Assembly (NCBI GenBank): GCA_945862365.1
Contig: CAMAXK010000004.1
Coordinates: 1,438 to 65,437, forward strand
Origin: Chlamydia trachomatis
GTDB lineage: Bacteria; Chlamydiota; Chlamydiia; Chlamydiales; 2-12-FULL-49-11
Length of the DNA stretch: 64,000 nt
Reading direction: 5' to 3'
The notes under the pieces are model-generated. The model was not told the DNA's origin and made no database searches. It saw nothing but the letters and a program-made list of their open reading frames with translations. Position 1 is the stretch's first letter, and each line of letters opens with the position of its first letter. Positions 1 to 8,627 of this stretch are shown in pieces. A program made the position numbers and the translations under genes.

Positions 1-43
1 TACAAGCAATCTCACCCCTATTGGCAACTAAAACCTTTTTCAT
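1..43 (-). CDS. accC: acetyl-CoA carboxylase biotin carboxylase subunit, first 14 codons only (gene runs off the window start)
   Basis: Not in the ORF track. Minus-strand ATG at 43-41, one nt after the accB stop, reads MKKVLVANRGEIAC, the canonical AccC N-terminus. accB-accC adjacency is the usual arrangement. Confidence 0.6.
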   Translation of the reverse strand, partial: MKKVLVANRGEIAC

Positions 44-451
44 TTACTCCAACACAAATAAAGGTTTACCAAATTCTATAGGATCACCATCGTTAACGTT
101 TACCTTTTTTATTTTTCCATCACGCTTTGCTTTTACCTCAGTCATCACTTTCATAGCTTCTATGATACAGAGTGTGTCACCCTTTTTTACTTTGTCTCCA
201 ACAGATACAAAAGGTTTTTCATTAGGTCCGCAAGAGCGGTAAAATACCCCTACCATAGGAGCATCTATGGTGTTTTCTAAATTAATTTGAATCTGGGATA
301 ATTCTTTCATAGGATGGATTTCTTTTTCAAAAGAACTTGTAGAGGTTTTTGCCTCCATTGAAATTTCTAATTTTTCTGACTTTACAGTCAAACTTTTTAG
401 CCCTGATTCATTAAAAAGATTCACTACTTCTTTGATAAATTCTAAATCCAT
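44..451 (-). CDS. accB: biotin carboxyl carrier protein of acetyl-CoA carboxylase
   Basis: 135 aa. C-terminal biotinyl domain with the biotinylation motif in ..LCIIEAMKVMTEV.. Followed by accC. Confidence 0.9.
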   Translation of the reverse strand: MDLEFIKEVVNLFNESGLKSLTVKSEKLEISMEAKTSTSSFEKEIHPMKELSQIQINLENTIDAPMVGVFYRSCGPNEKPFVSVGDKVKKGDTLCIIEAMKVMTEVKAKRDGKIKKVNVNDGDPIEFGKPLFVLE

Positions 452-460
452 ACTAAACCC

Positions 461-1033
461 TTAAATTCTTTGCACGTACTCTTGATTTTCGGTATCTACT
501 TTGATAATGTCTCCACTTTCAATGAACATAGGCACCTCCATTTTAGCACCCGTCTCAAGTATAGCACATTTGTTGGAAGCACTCATCGGATTAGAAGCAT
601 CTAAATCTTCAGTTTTTACCACCAGTAGCTCTAAAAACTGAGGTAATTCAACTGAAAAAATGGTCTCTCCGTAAAAATGCGCATTCACAATAATCCCCTC
701 TTTCAAGTAATGATCCTTTTGGCCAATAATTTCTGGGTCAACAAGTACCTGCTCAAGGTTATCGATATCGAAAAATAAATGCTTTTTATCTTCTAAATAA
801 AGATACTCAAGCTCTCTTTCATTTAATTTTACCTCTACTACAGATTGATTTTGAGTAAAGCTTTTTTCAACCACTTCATCATTAATCAAGTTTTTAAGCT
901 TTGTCTTCACAAAGGGAACACCACGAGCCATGGTCACTTTCACAGAAGATTCAACTCTATAAATCTCACCCTCTAAATTAATGATCATCCCTGGTGTAAT
1001 CTGATTACTAGTTACAGATACTGTTTCTTCCAT
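461..1033 (-). CDS. efp: translation elongation factor P
   Basis: 190 aa, the EF-P size. The N-terminal segment ..GMIINLEGEIYRVES.. and the three-domain layout are typical. Order efp-accB-accC. Confidence 0.9.
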   Translation of the reverse strand: MEETVSVTSNQITPGMIINLEGEIYRVESSVKVTMARGVPFVKTKLKNLINDEVVEKSFTQNQSVVEVKLNERELEYLYLEDKKHLFFDIDNLEQVLVDPEIIGQKDHYLKEGIIVNAHFYGETIFSVELPQFLELLVVKTEDLDASNPMSASNKCAILETGAKMEVPMFIESGDIIKVDTENQEYVQRI

Positions 1034-2042
1034 TTATTTCTCCTAATTTATGTAAGGATAACCTCGAAATATCGCCACCTTCAATAATATTCATTATTTC
1101 TTTAGCTAATTTATCCATATCATGTCTTATTAAATTTCTATTCATTAAATCGCCCTTAACAGGAACGGCCCCTTTCCCTAACAATTTTCTCTCTATAACC
1201 CTAGGATCATCCCTTAAATCATTGATGACTAAATCTCCTTCAGATCGATAAAATTCTACTAAATCCCTCTCAGGAACCTCATTATTCACTAAAATAACAT
1301 CAAATACACCATTGCCAGCATATTTTTCTATTTCACGAAGATAATCGCTTGTTCTAAACCCAGAAGTTTGTCCCCTTTTATTCATTAAATTAACAACAAA
1401 AACTTTTATAGCCTTTGTAGCCTGGAGCGCCTCTGATATCCCATTGACAAGTAGGGAGGAAATTAACGAAGTATAAAGTCCGCCTGGCCCTAAAACAATC
1501 AGATCAGCATTCATAATCTCATCTACTGCTCTACTATTTACCTTTGGAAAGGGAGTTAAGTAGATCCTTTCATAGCCTTTATCAATTTCATCGGAAAGAT
1601 AGATCTCAGCCTCACCTTTGAGTACTTTGCCCCCTTTTAAAATCATCTCCAAATGAGTTTTTGAAGTGGTGACAGGGATCACCTTTCCTCGCATTTTTAG
1701 AATTTTTCCAAGCTCTTCGATAGCTTTTTCAAAACTTCCTGTTAACTTCTCTAAGGTAGATAAAAAGAGATTTCCAAAACTATGTCCTTGAAGTCCGCCA
1801 TCATTTTCATATCGATAGCTCATCAAATTTCTCATAAGCCTTGATGAATCTGAAAGAGCCACAACACATTGCCTTACATCTCCTGCCGGTAACACCCCAA
1901 GTTCATCTCTTAAAATCCCAGAGCTGCCCCCATTATCTGCCATGGCAACAATTGCGCTAAGATCAATGTCATACTTTTTCAAACCACTTAAGACAACAAA
2001 ATTACCTGTTCCGCCTCCAATGGTGCAAATCTTTTTCTTCAA
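1008..2042 (-). CDS. YvcK/CofD-like (UPF0052) gluconeogenesis-factor family protein
   Basis: 344 aa. N-terminal ICTIGGGTGNFVVLSGLK loop and overall length typical of YvcK/CofD. Its 3' end overlaps the efp start by 26 nt. Confidence 0.75.
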   Translation of the reverse strand: MKKKICTIGGGTGNFVVLSGLKKYDIDLSAIVAMADNGGSSGILRDELGVLPAGDVRQCVVALSDSSRLMRNLMSYRYENDGGLQGHSFGNLFLSTLEKLTGSFEKAIEELGKILKMRGKVIPVTTSKTHLEMILKGGKVLKGEAEIYLSDEIDKGYERIYLTPFPKVNSRAVDEIMNADLIVLGPGGLYTSLISSLLVNGISEALQATKAIKVFVVNLMNKRGQTSGFRTSDYLREIEKYAGNGVFDVILVNNEVPERDLVEFYRSEGDLVINDLRDDPRVIERKLLGKGAVPVKGDLMNRNLIRHDMDKLAKEIMNIIEGGDISRLSLHKLGEINGRNSICN

Positions 2043-2719
2043 GAAAACACCTCTCTAAAGGAGTGAAATTTTTCTACAGCTTCTGTCAAATTTTTTTGTT
2101 TATAAAAAAAAGATCCACAGACAAGCCTGTTTGCCCCAGCCTTTACAGACCTAAGCCCTGTTTCGTAATTTATTCCACCATCTACCTGAATATCAAAATC
2201 AAGGTTATATTTTTTCCTATAGTCATGAAGAATCTCTACTTTTTCAAGCATATCCTCCATAAATGTTTGTCCGCCAAACCCAGGTTCCACAGTCATTACC
2301 AAGATTTTATCTACACTTTTCAAATAGGGGATCACAAGCTCTACCGTAGATTCAGGCTTTAATGCAATACCTGCTGCCCGATTACATTTTTTAATGTAAT
2401 CTAACGTATACTCAATATCTTCTGTTGCCTCGACATGAAAGGTGATCTCTTCACACCCTACCTCCACAAACTTTTCTATAAAAAGGTCAGGATTATAAAT
2501 CATTAAATGTACATCGAGTTTGAAAGTTTCAGGCACACTTTCTCTAATTCTTCCTACAATTGCAGGACCTATGGTTAGATTTGGTACAAATAATCCATCC
2601 ATCACATCAATATGTAGTATATTTGCTCCAGCATCCACCGCAGCTTTTGCTGTAGCTACAGCATTTCCAAGGTCTCCTCCTATTAAAGAAGGCTCAAGCT
2701 CTAATATGTGTTTTTTCAT
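2039..2719 (-). CDS. rpe: ribulose-phosphate 3-epimerase
   Basis: 226 aa. Motifs ..HIDVMDGLFVPNLTIGP.., ..MTVEPGFGGQ.. and ..VDGGI.. are diagnostic of Rpe. There is a 4-nt overlap with the downstream gene. Confidence 0.9.
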   Translation of the reverse strand: MKKHILELEPSLIGGDLGNAVATAKAAVDAGANILHIDVMDGLFVPNLTIGPAIVGRIRESVPETFKLDVHLMIYNPDLFIEKFVEVGCEEITFHVEATEDIEYTLDYIKKCNRAAGIALKPESTVELVIPYLKSVDKILVMTVEPGFGGQTFMEDMLEKVEILHDYRKKYNLDFDIQVDGGINYETGLRSVKAGANRLVCGSFFYKQKNLTEAVEKFHSFREVFS

Positions 2720-2733
2720 CTTTTACAGTATAC

Positions 2734-4596
2734 CTATTTCTCGAGTTTAAGACAAATAGACATCTTCGAAGTAAAGGCTCTTTTTTCTTCTTCATTACTA
2801 TAATTCAAGGTAGCGCCCAAATAAAATTTATCCTGAATCTTTAATGAGAAGTAGATTAAATTGCCGGTAGGGATCTCCAATGATTTCATTTCAGATAAAA
2901 ACAATTCCTTTTTTTTCTCAGAACGAACTCTTGCAATAAAGACAATATTACCATTTACCTCCTCAAAAAGGATATCTTTTGGCACCTTATAGGTAAATAC
3001 CTCATAAAAACTGATAAAAAACGCTTCAAAACTTTTTGCATCTATAATAGCTCTGATTTCAGAAGGATGTAGAGCGTAAAAAAAGTTTTCCACAAGGACA
3101 GAGTTTTTTACCCCCCGTTTTTTTAAAGCACTTTGACAAACAGATAAAATGCCCCCTTGCTTTTCTAGCATTCCGCCGTTGTAATCACGGATCACGCCAA
3201 ATTTTTTCTGCAAATCGGCAATAATCTTTGATCTTGCTCGGTAAATATCAATAGAATAATCCTCCCTCATAAAAGAAGAAATTTTCATTATATAGGAGAT
3301 TTCAATCCCCTCTTTAAACTCTCCGAGCCGTCTTACATGCTTAATTTTATATGCGTATCGCTTTTCATCCCCTTTTGAAAAAATCTCAAAGGCAGATAAG
3401 GAGCTCTCGGTTCTTGCTCGTACTACAATTGCTGTAAAAATCAAGCTATCTGTCATCTGTGAGTCAAATAAAACAGCCACTTGAGCAAAATCATCGGCTG
3501 TTCTTAATTCTTTGGAAAGGGCTACAGTATATTTAATCACCTCCTCTGTGTTTTGAGGCATAAAAATCTTTCTTGTAAATTTTTGTATGTGAACTTCTAA
3601 ATATTTTGAAAAACCATTTTCAAAACTTTTTTTCTCAAAAGGGGTGATTACCCCATCTTTTTTCTCAATCTCGATATAGAAATATTTGGTATCACTTCCC
3701 TCTAGAGAGATTTTCATAAATGAATCTTCAACATCCATCACTCCTTTAATAAACTTTCTACAAGCTTTGAGCAGATGATCTTTTGCCAAACGCTCATTTT
3801 CAGATAGGTAAGAGAGACCAACCATCACTGATAATACTTTTTTTCTGCCAAATAATTCCTCAATAAAACAAAAATGTGATTTAACATAAATTCTACGCTC
3901 TGCGGTGCGAAGCTTTGCTTTTATTTCCATTTTCTTTGAAAAATAGTACAAGGCAAGAATGATTTTAGATAAATCTTTTGTCATCCTGTTTTTCGTAAAC
4001 ACCTCTTTTGCCTGAGACATAAATTCGTTCATCAGCGGAATTAAATCGTAATCAAACACCTCAGGGAAACGGTGAATATACCGCATAATCCTTTCTTGAA
4101 CGTAGGCAACCTTGCTTTCAACCGATCTTCCCTTCATCTCCATACACATCCTTGCATAGAAAGTTGAACGAAGTCCTAATCTTAGCTGCTTATGAAGACC
4201 CCGAACAAGATTATAGGAAGATTCGGTGGTTTTAAGATCCTTTACCAATAAAACTGTCTCTGTCACCAAGTATTTTTGTGCATCTAATTCAAAAAACTGA
4301 AAGGGTAGGGCGCAAAAACTCTCAACTTCTAAATTTGAGCCGGCTTCAATCTCTAAATGAATAAATTCGTGGATGAATTTTGCAGAAGAAGTTTTAAAGG
4401 AAGAAATGGTTTGGATGATAAATTGACCGTGCTCTTCTCTAAAAAACGAAGTAAGAGGTAATAATCGATCTAAATCACCACTTTCACTAATATTTTCTTC
4501 TAAAAGAAGGGAATTTGCAATGGATTTTGCAATCAATTGCTTTTGATTTACCCTTGCATCCACGGCCTCAGAAATTGTAAACATATCTTTTGTCAT
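2734..4596 (-). CDS. hypothetical protein, 620 aa, soluble, no motif recognised
   Basis: Long uninterrupted ORF, co-directional with its neighbours. ATG sits 12 nt after the aspartokinase stop, with AGGGG upstream. No TM segment, signal peptide or catalytic motif that I can name. Confidence 0.6.
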   Translation of the reverse strand: MTKDMFTISEAVDARVNQKQLIAKSIANSLLLEENISESGDLDRLLPLTSFFREEHGQFIIQTISSFKTSSAKFIHEFIHLEIEAGSNLEVESFCALPFQFFELDAQKYLVTETVLLVKDLKTTESSYNLVRGLHKQLRLGLRSTFYARMCMEMKGRSVESKVAYVQERIMRYIHRFPEVFDYDLIPLMNEFMSQAKEVFTKNRMTKDLSKIILALYYFSKKMEIKAKLRTAERRIYVKSHFCFIEELFGRKKVLSVMVGLSYLSENERLAKDHLLKACRKFIKGVMDVEDSFMKISLEGSDTKYFYIEIEKKDGVITPFEKKSFENGFSKYLEVHIQKFTRKIFMPQNTEEVIKYTVALSKELRTADDFAQVAVLFDSQMTDSLIFTAIVVRARTESSLSAFEIFSKGDEKRYAYKIKHVRRLGEFKEGIEISYIMKISSFMREDYSIDIYRARSKIIADLQKKFGVIRDYNGGMLEKQGGILSVCQSALKKRGVKNSVLVENFFYALHPSEIRAIIDAKSFEAFFISFYEVFTYKVPKDILFEEVNGNIVFIARVRSEKKKELFLSEMKSLEIPTGNLIYFSLKIQDKFYLGATLNYSNEEEKRAFTSKMSICLKLEK

Positions 4597-4608
4597 ACCA
4601 ACCCCTGT

Positions 4609-5400
4609 CTACCTCATACACTCAAACACCCTTTCGTTGCACTTACTATCTACTTGAGCAGAAATTATCATACTACCTATTTTATCTTTTAATTTCACAT
4701 CAAAAGATCTAACCTGCAGGGTTAATCCATTTTTAGAAGCCATTTCTACACATCTTGGGTGTAAAACTGCTGATTTTCCCTCACCTACCACATCAAGAGC
4801 TTCTTCATGAGTTAAAACAGTCAACACCTTTGCATTTGCATTTGCTTTTGGATTTTCCGAATAAATACCCTCTACATCCTTATAGAAAACCACTTTTTCA
4901 GCATCAATAGCAATAGCAATGGCTACAGCAGTGGTGTCTGATCCTCCTCTTCCAAGCGTTGTGATCTCTTTATCCACACTCACCCCTTGAAAGCCTGCTA
5001 TAATCGGAATTTTCCCTTCTTTAAAAAGCGATTCAAGCTTTTCTTTCTTCACATCAATAATTTTTGCATTACTATGCTCTGTAGTTGTAATTATCCCTAC
5101 TTGACTACCAGTTAAGCTAACGGCCGAAATTCCCCGTTTTAAAAGAATCATGGCAAGTAATGCCATGCTCATTCGCTCTCCAACAGATAAAAGCATATCC
5201 TTTTCCCGCTTAGAGCAATCGGTATCTACCTGATTTGCTAAAAAATCCAAATAGTCGGTCATCCCTTCCATAGCGCTTACAACCACACAAACTCTATCAT
5301 AATTTTTTGAAACTGATTCAATAATTTGTGCTACATTTTCAAAATGATTGATGTCTTTTAAAGAAGCGCCACCGAACTTTAATACTAACGTTTTATACAT
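4609..5400 (-). CDS. lysC: aspartate kinase, catalytic domain only (no ACT regulatory domains)
   Basis: 263 aa. ..LKFGGASL.. near the N-terminus, ..GRGGSDTTAVAIA.., and ..LQVRSF...GSMI.. closing the kinase domain. The ORF stops about 20 residues later. Confidence 0.8.
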   Translation of the reverse strand: MYKTLVLKFGGASLKDINHFENVAQIIESVSKNYDRVCVVVSAMEGMTDYLDFLANQVDTDCSKREKDMLLSVGERMSMALLAMILLKRGISAVSLTGSQVGIITTTEHSNAKIIDVKKEKLESLFKEGKIPIIAGFQGVSVDKEITTLGRGGSDTTAVAIAIAIDAEKVVFYKDVEGIYSENPKANANAKVLTVLTHEEALDVVGEGKSAVLHPRCVEMASKNGLTLQVRSFDVKLKDKIGSMIISAQVDSKCNERVFECMR

Positions 5401-5529
5401 GATATGGATTTTACTATAGCAATTGATCTATTTCAATTAAATCTTTTACTTTAAAAATTCTCCTCTTGTTTTAATTAAAGATAGCTGTTATCCTATCCGC
5501 AAAGCAAAAAACTAGGAGAAACAATTAAC

Positions 5530-7251
5530 ATGTCAAAACAACAAGCAACCGAGTGGTTAGAAGATGAAAGCAAAATCATCGTTAAAGAACACTACTCAAC
5601 AAACGAAATGGAAGAATTCAAAAATCTTCTTACAAGCAAAGAGTCATCTGTCGAAGCTGGTTCTGTAACAAGACTAAACCCAGGACAGCTATTAGTGGGT
5701 GAAATCGTAGAGATCTCAAAAGGCTTTGTTGTTGTCGACGTTGGTTTAAAATCTGAAGGACTTATCCCTATCTCAGAATTTGGCTCTTTAGCTGAAATTG
5801 AATTAGGAAAACAAGTAGAAGTTCTTTTAGATTCTACAGAAAGTACAAATGGTCAAATCATCCTTTCAAGAGAAAAAGCAAGAAAACTTCGTCGTTGGGA
5901 TTACATCCAAACAAACTTTGTAGAAGGTTCAATTATTGAAGGATTGATCACTAAGAAAGTTAAAGGCGGACTTATCGTAGATATCGGTGGAATGGACGCT
6001 TTCTTACCTGGATCACAAATTGATAATAAGCGTATTAAATCTTTAGACGACTATGTAGGTAAATCATACGAGCTGAAAATTTTAAAAATTAATCTAGAAA
6101 GAAAAAATATTGTTGTTTCTAGAAGAGAGATTTTAGAAGATGAAAGACTATGTAAGAAAACAGAACTACTAGAGCATATCCATGTTGGCGATCTATGCAC
6201 AGGTGTTGTAAAAAATATCACAGACTTTGGTGTATTTTTAGATCTAAATGGAATCGATGGTCTTTTACATATCACAGATATGACATGGAAGCGTATTAAA
6301 CATCCTTCTGAGTTAGTTGCAATTGGTGATAAGCTTGAAGTAATTATCTTAAGTATTGACGAAGAAAAAGGTCGTGTAGCTCTTGGACTTAAGCAAAAAG
6401 ATCAAAATCCTTGGGATGCAATTGAGCAAAGATTTCCTCCTGGAACACATGTAAAAGGAACGATTGTAAACCTTGTGGCCTATGGTGCTTTTATCGAAAT
6501 TGAAGATGGTATTGAAGGTCTTATTCACGTTTCAGAAATGTCTTGGGTAAAAAATGTTACAGACCCATCACAAATTGTGAGCAAAGGTGATGAAGTAGAA
6601 GCAATTGTTCTATCTATTCTAAAAGAAGAGGGAAAAATTTCTCTTGGCCTAAAGCAGCTTGAGCAAAATCCTTGGGAAGATGTAGAAGGTAGATACCCTG
6701 TTGGTAAGAAAGTGACTGTTGAAATCAGAAACTTAACTAACTATGGTGCATTTGTTGAACTTGAGCCAGGTGTAGATGGTCTAATTCATATTTCAGATCT
6801 AAGCTGGATTAAAAAAGTTTCTCATCCTTCAGAAGTGCTTAAAAAAGGCGATATGGTAGATGCTGTTATTTTATCTGTGGACAAAGAAAGTAAGAAGATC
6901 ACATTGGGTGTGAAGCAATTAACTTCAAATCCATGGGATGATATTGAAAAAACAATCAAACTTGGCGACACAGTTTCAGGTATTGTAACAAAGATTACTG
7001 CATTTGGAGCCTTTATTGAGCTTGATAATGGTATTGAAGGTTTAGTTCACGTAACTGAGCTTTCTGATAAGTCTTTTGCAAAAGTAGAAGATATCGTATC
7101 AGTAAACAGCAAAGTAAATGCAAAAGTTCTTAAAATAGACAGAGAGCACAAAAGAATCTCTTTATCTATCAAAGAGCATTTAGTGAAGACAAATAGACAT
7201 GATGCTGATGATATTATCATCGGTGGATCAGATGATGATGATAAAAACTAA
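5530..7251 (+). CDS. rpsA: 30S ribosomal protein S1
   Basis: 573 aa with six tandem S1/OB repeats (recurrent ..G.V..I..FGAF[VI]E[IL]..G[IV][ED]GL[IV]H[IV]S[ED]..). Confidence 0.95.
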   Translation: MSKQQATEWLEDESKIIVKEHYSTNEMEEFKNLLTSKESSVEAGSVTRLNPGQLLVGEIVEISKGFVVVDVGLKSEGLIPISEFGSLAEIELGKQVEVLLDSTESTNGQIILSREKARKLRRWDYIQTNFVEGSIIEGLITKKVKGGLIVDIGGMDAFLPGSQIDNKRIKSLDDYVGKSYELKILKINLERKNIVVSRREILEDERLCKKTELLEHIHVGDLCTGVVKNITDFGVFLDLNGIDGLLHITDMTWKRIKHPSELVAIGDKLEVIILSIDEEKGRVALGLKQKDQNPWDAIEQRFPPGTHVKGTIVNLVAYGAFIEIEDGIEGLIHVSEMSWVKNVTDPSQIVSKGDEVEAIVLSILKEEGKISLGLKQLEQNPWEDVEGRYPVGKKVTVEIRNLTNYGAFVELEPGVDGLIHISDLSWIKKVSHPSEVLKKGDMVDAVILSVDKESKKITLGVKQLTSNPWDDIEKTIKLGDTVSGIVTKITAFGAFIELDNGIEGLVHVTELSDKSFAKVEDIVSVNSKVNAKVLKIDREHKRISLSIKEHLVKTNRHDADDIIIGGSDDDDKN

Positions 7252-7331
7252 TTAAGTGCTTTAGTGAATAATTTGTGCCTTGTCGGATAATTCTGGCAGG
7301 GCATAACAATTGATGGGGACAAGAGGAAAAA

Positions 7332-8624
7332 ATGAATAAAGATCTAATCGCAATGTTTGAATATCTAGAAAGAGAAAAAGGCATTAGTAGAGATGTAATG
7401 GTAAATGCAATTGAAGAAGCCCTTATTACTGCTGCACGAAAAGGCGGCCGTGGTATGACAAATATTACTGTTTCAGTAAATAAGAAAACCGGTGATATCC
7501 TTGCTATGACAGAGAAAGAAATTGTAGCAAAGGTAGAATATCCTGCTGAAGAAATCTCTTTAGAAGAGGCAAGAGAAATTGACCCTGATTGCGAAGAAGG
7601 CCAATGGCTTGAAATCGAAATTGACCCTCAATCTTATGGAAGAATTGCAGCTAATGTAGCTCGTCAGATGATTTCTCAAAAAATTCGTGGTGCTGAAAAA
7701 GAGGTGATCTACGAAGAGTATAGACACAGAATTGGTGAGTTGATCACAGGAACTGTAAGACGTGTTACCAAAGGTCATACATTAATAGTTGATCTTGGTA
7801 AAATTGAAGCTATTTTACCTGGAAGATTTTATCCAAAAAGTGAGAAATACCACATTGAAGATCGTATTTTAGTTTTATTGTATGATGTACAAGAGACAGA
7901 AAATGGTGGAGCAGAAATTGTTCTATCTCGATCTCACCCTGATTTTGTAGCAGCACTGTTTGTTTCTGAAGTACCAGAAATTAATGATGGTGTTATTGAA
8001 ATTAAAAAAATTGTAAGAGATGCAGGCTATAGAACAAAAATGGCTGTGATCTCAAACAATGATAAGGTAGATCCAGTAGGTGCTTGTGTAGGTATGAGAG
8101 GAGCTCGTGTTAAAAACATTATTAGAGAAACAGGTGGAGAAAAAATTGATATCCTCCCCTACTCTGAAGATCCATTCATTTTACTAAAAAATGCATTATC
8201 TCCTTGTGAGATTAAACATGCAGAGTTTTTTGAAGAGGAAAATAGAGTACAACTAATTGTAAAAGATGAAGATTATCCTATTGTTCTTGGAAAGCATGGT
8301 AGTAATGCAAGACTTACTGCTGAGCTTGTCGGAATGAAGATTGATTTCCATAAGAAATCTGAGTACCAAAAACAAATGATTCTTGAAAGAAAACAATTAT
8401 CATTATTGGATAATCCAGTTCTTGATGAGAAGATCACATCATTGCCAAATATTAATTCATTGATTTTAGACAACGTTCTAAGCGCTGGATTTAATACAGC
8501 AAGAAAACTTTTAGAGACAAAACCTTTAGATTTATCTACTATATCTGATATAAGTTTAGAGATGGCCGATAACATACTTGAAGAAGTAAGAAATTCGGTA
8601 ATAAAAAAAACGCAAGGAACATAA
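7332..8624 (+). CDS. nusA: transcription termination/antitermination factor NusA
   Basis: 430 aa. N-terminal ..EYLEREKGISRDVMVNAIEEAL.., then S1 and KH regions (..VGACVGMRGARVKNI..). Order nusA-infB-rbfA. Confidence 0.95.
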   Translation: MNKDLIAMFEYLEREKGISRDVMVNAIEEALITAARKGGRGMTNITVSVNKKTGDILAMTEKEIVAKVEYPAEEISLEEAREIDPDCEEGQWLEIEIDPQSYGRIAANVARQMISQKIRGAEKEVIYEEYRHRIGELITGTVRRVTKGHTLIVDLGKIEAILPGRFYPKSEKYHIEDRILVLLYDVQETENGGAEIVLSRSHPDFVAALFVSEVPEINDGVIEIKKIVRDAGYRTKMAVISNNDKVDPVGACVGMRGARVKNIIRETGGEKIDILPYSEDPFILLKNALSPCEIKHAEFFEEENRVQLIVKDEDYPIVLGKHGSNARLTAELVGMKIDFHKKSEYQKQMILERKQLSLLDNPVLDEKITSLPNINSLILDNVLSAGFNTARKLLETKPLDLSTISDISLEMADNILEEVRNSVIKKTQGT

Positions 8625-8627
8625 TAA

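Noticed and set aside
5530-7251. Apparent sixfold periodicity in rpsA considered as a DNA repeat
   Set aside because: The periodicity is at protein-domain level (six S1 domains). The nucleotide sequences are diverged, so it is not a repeat element.
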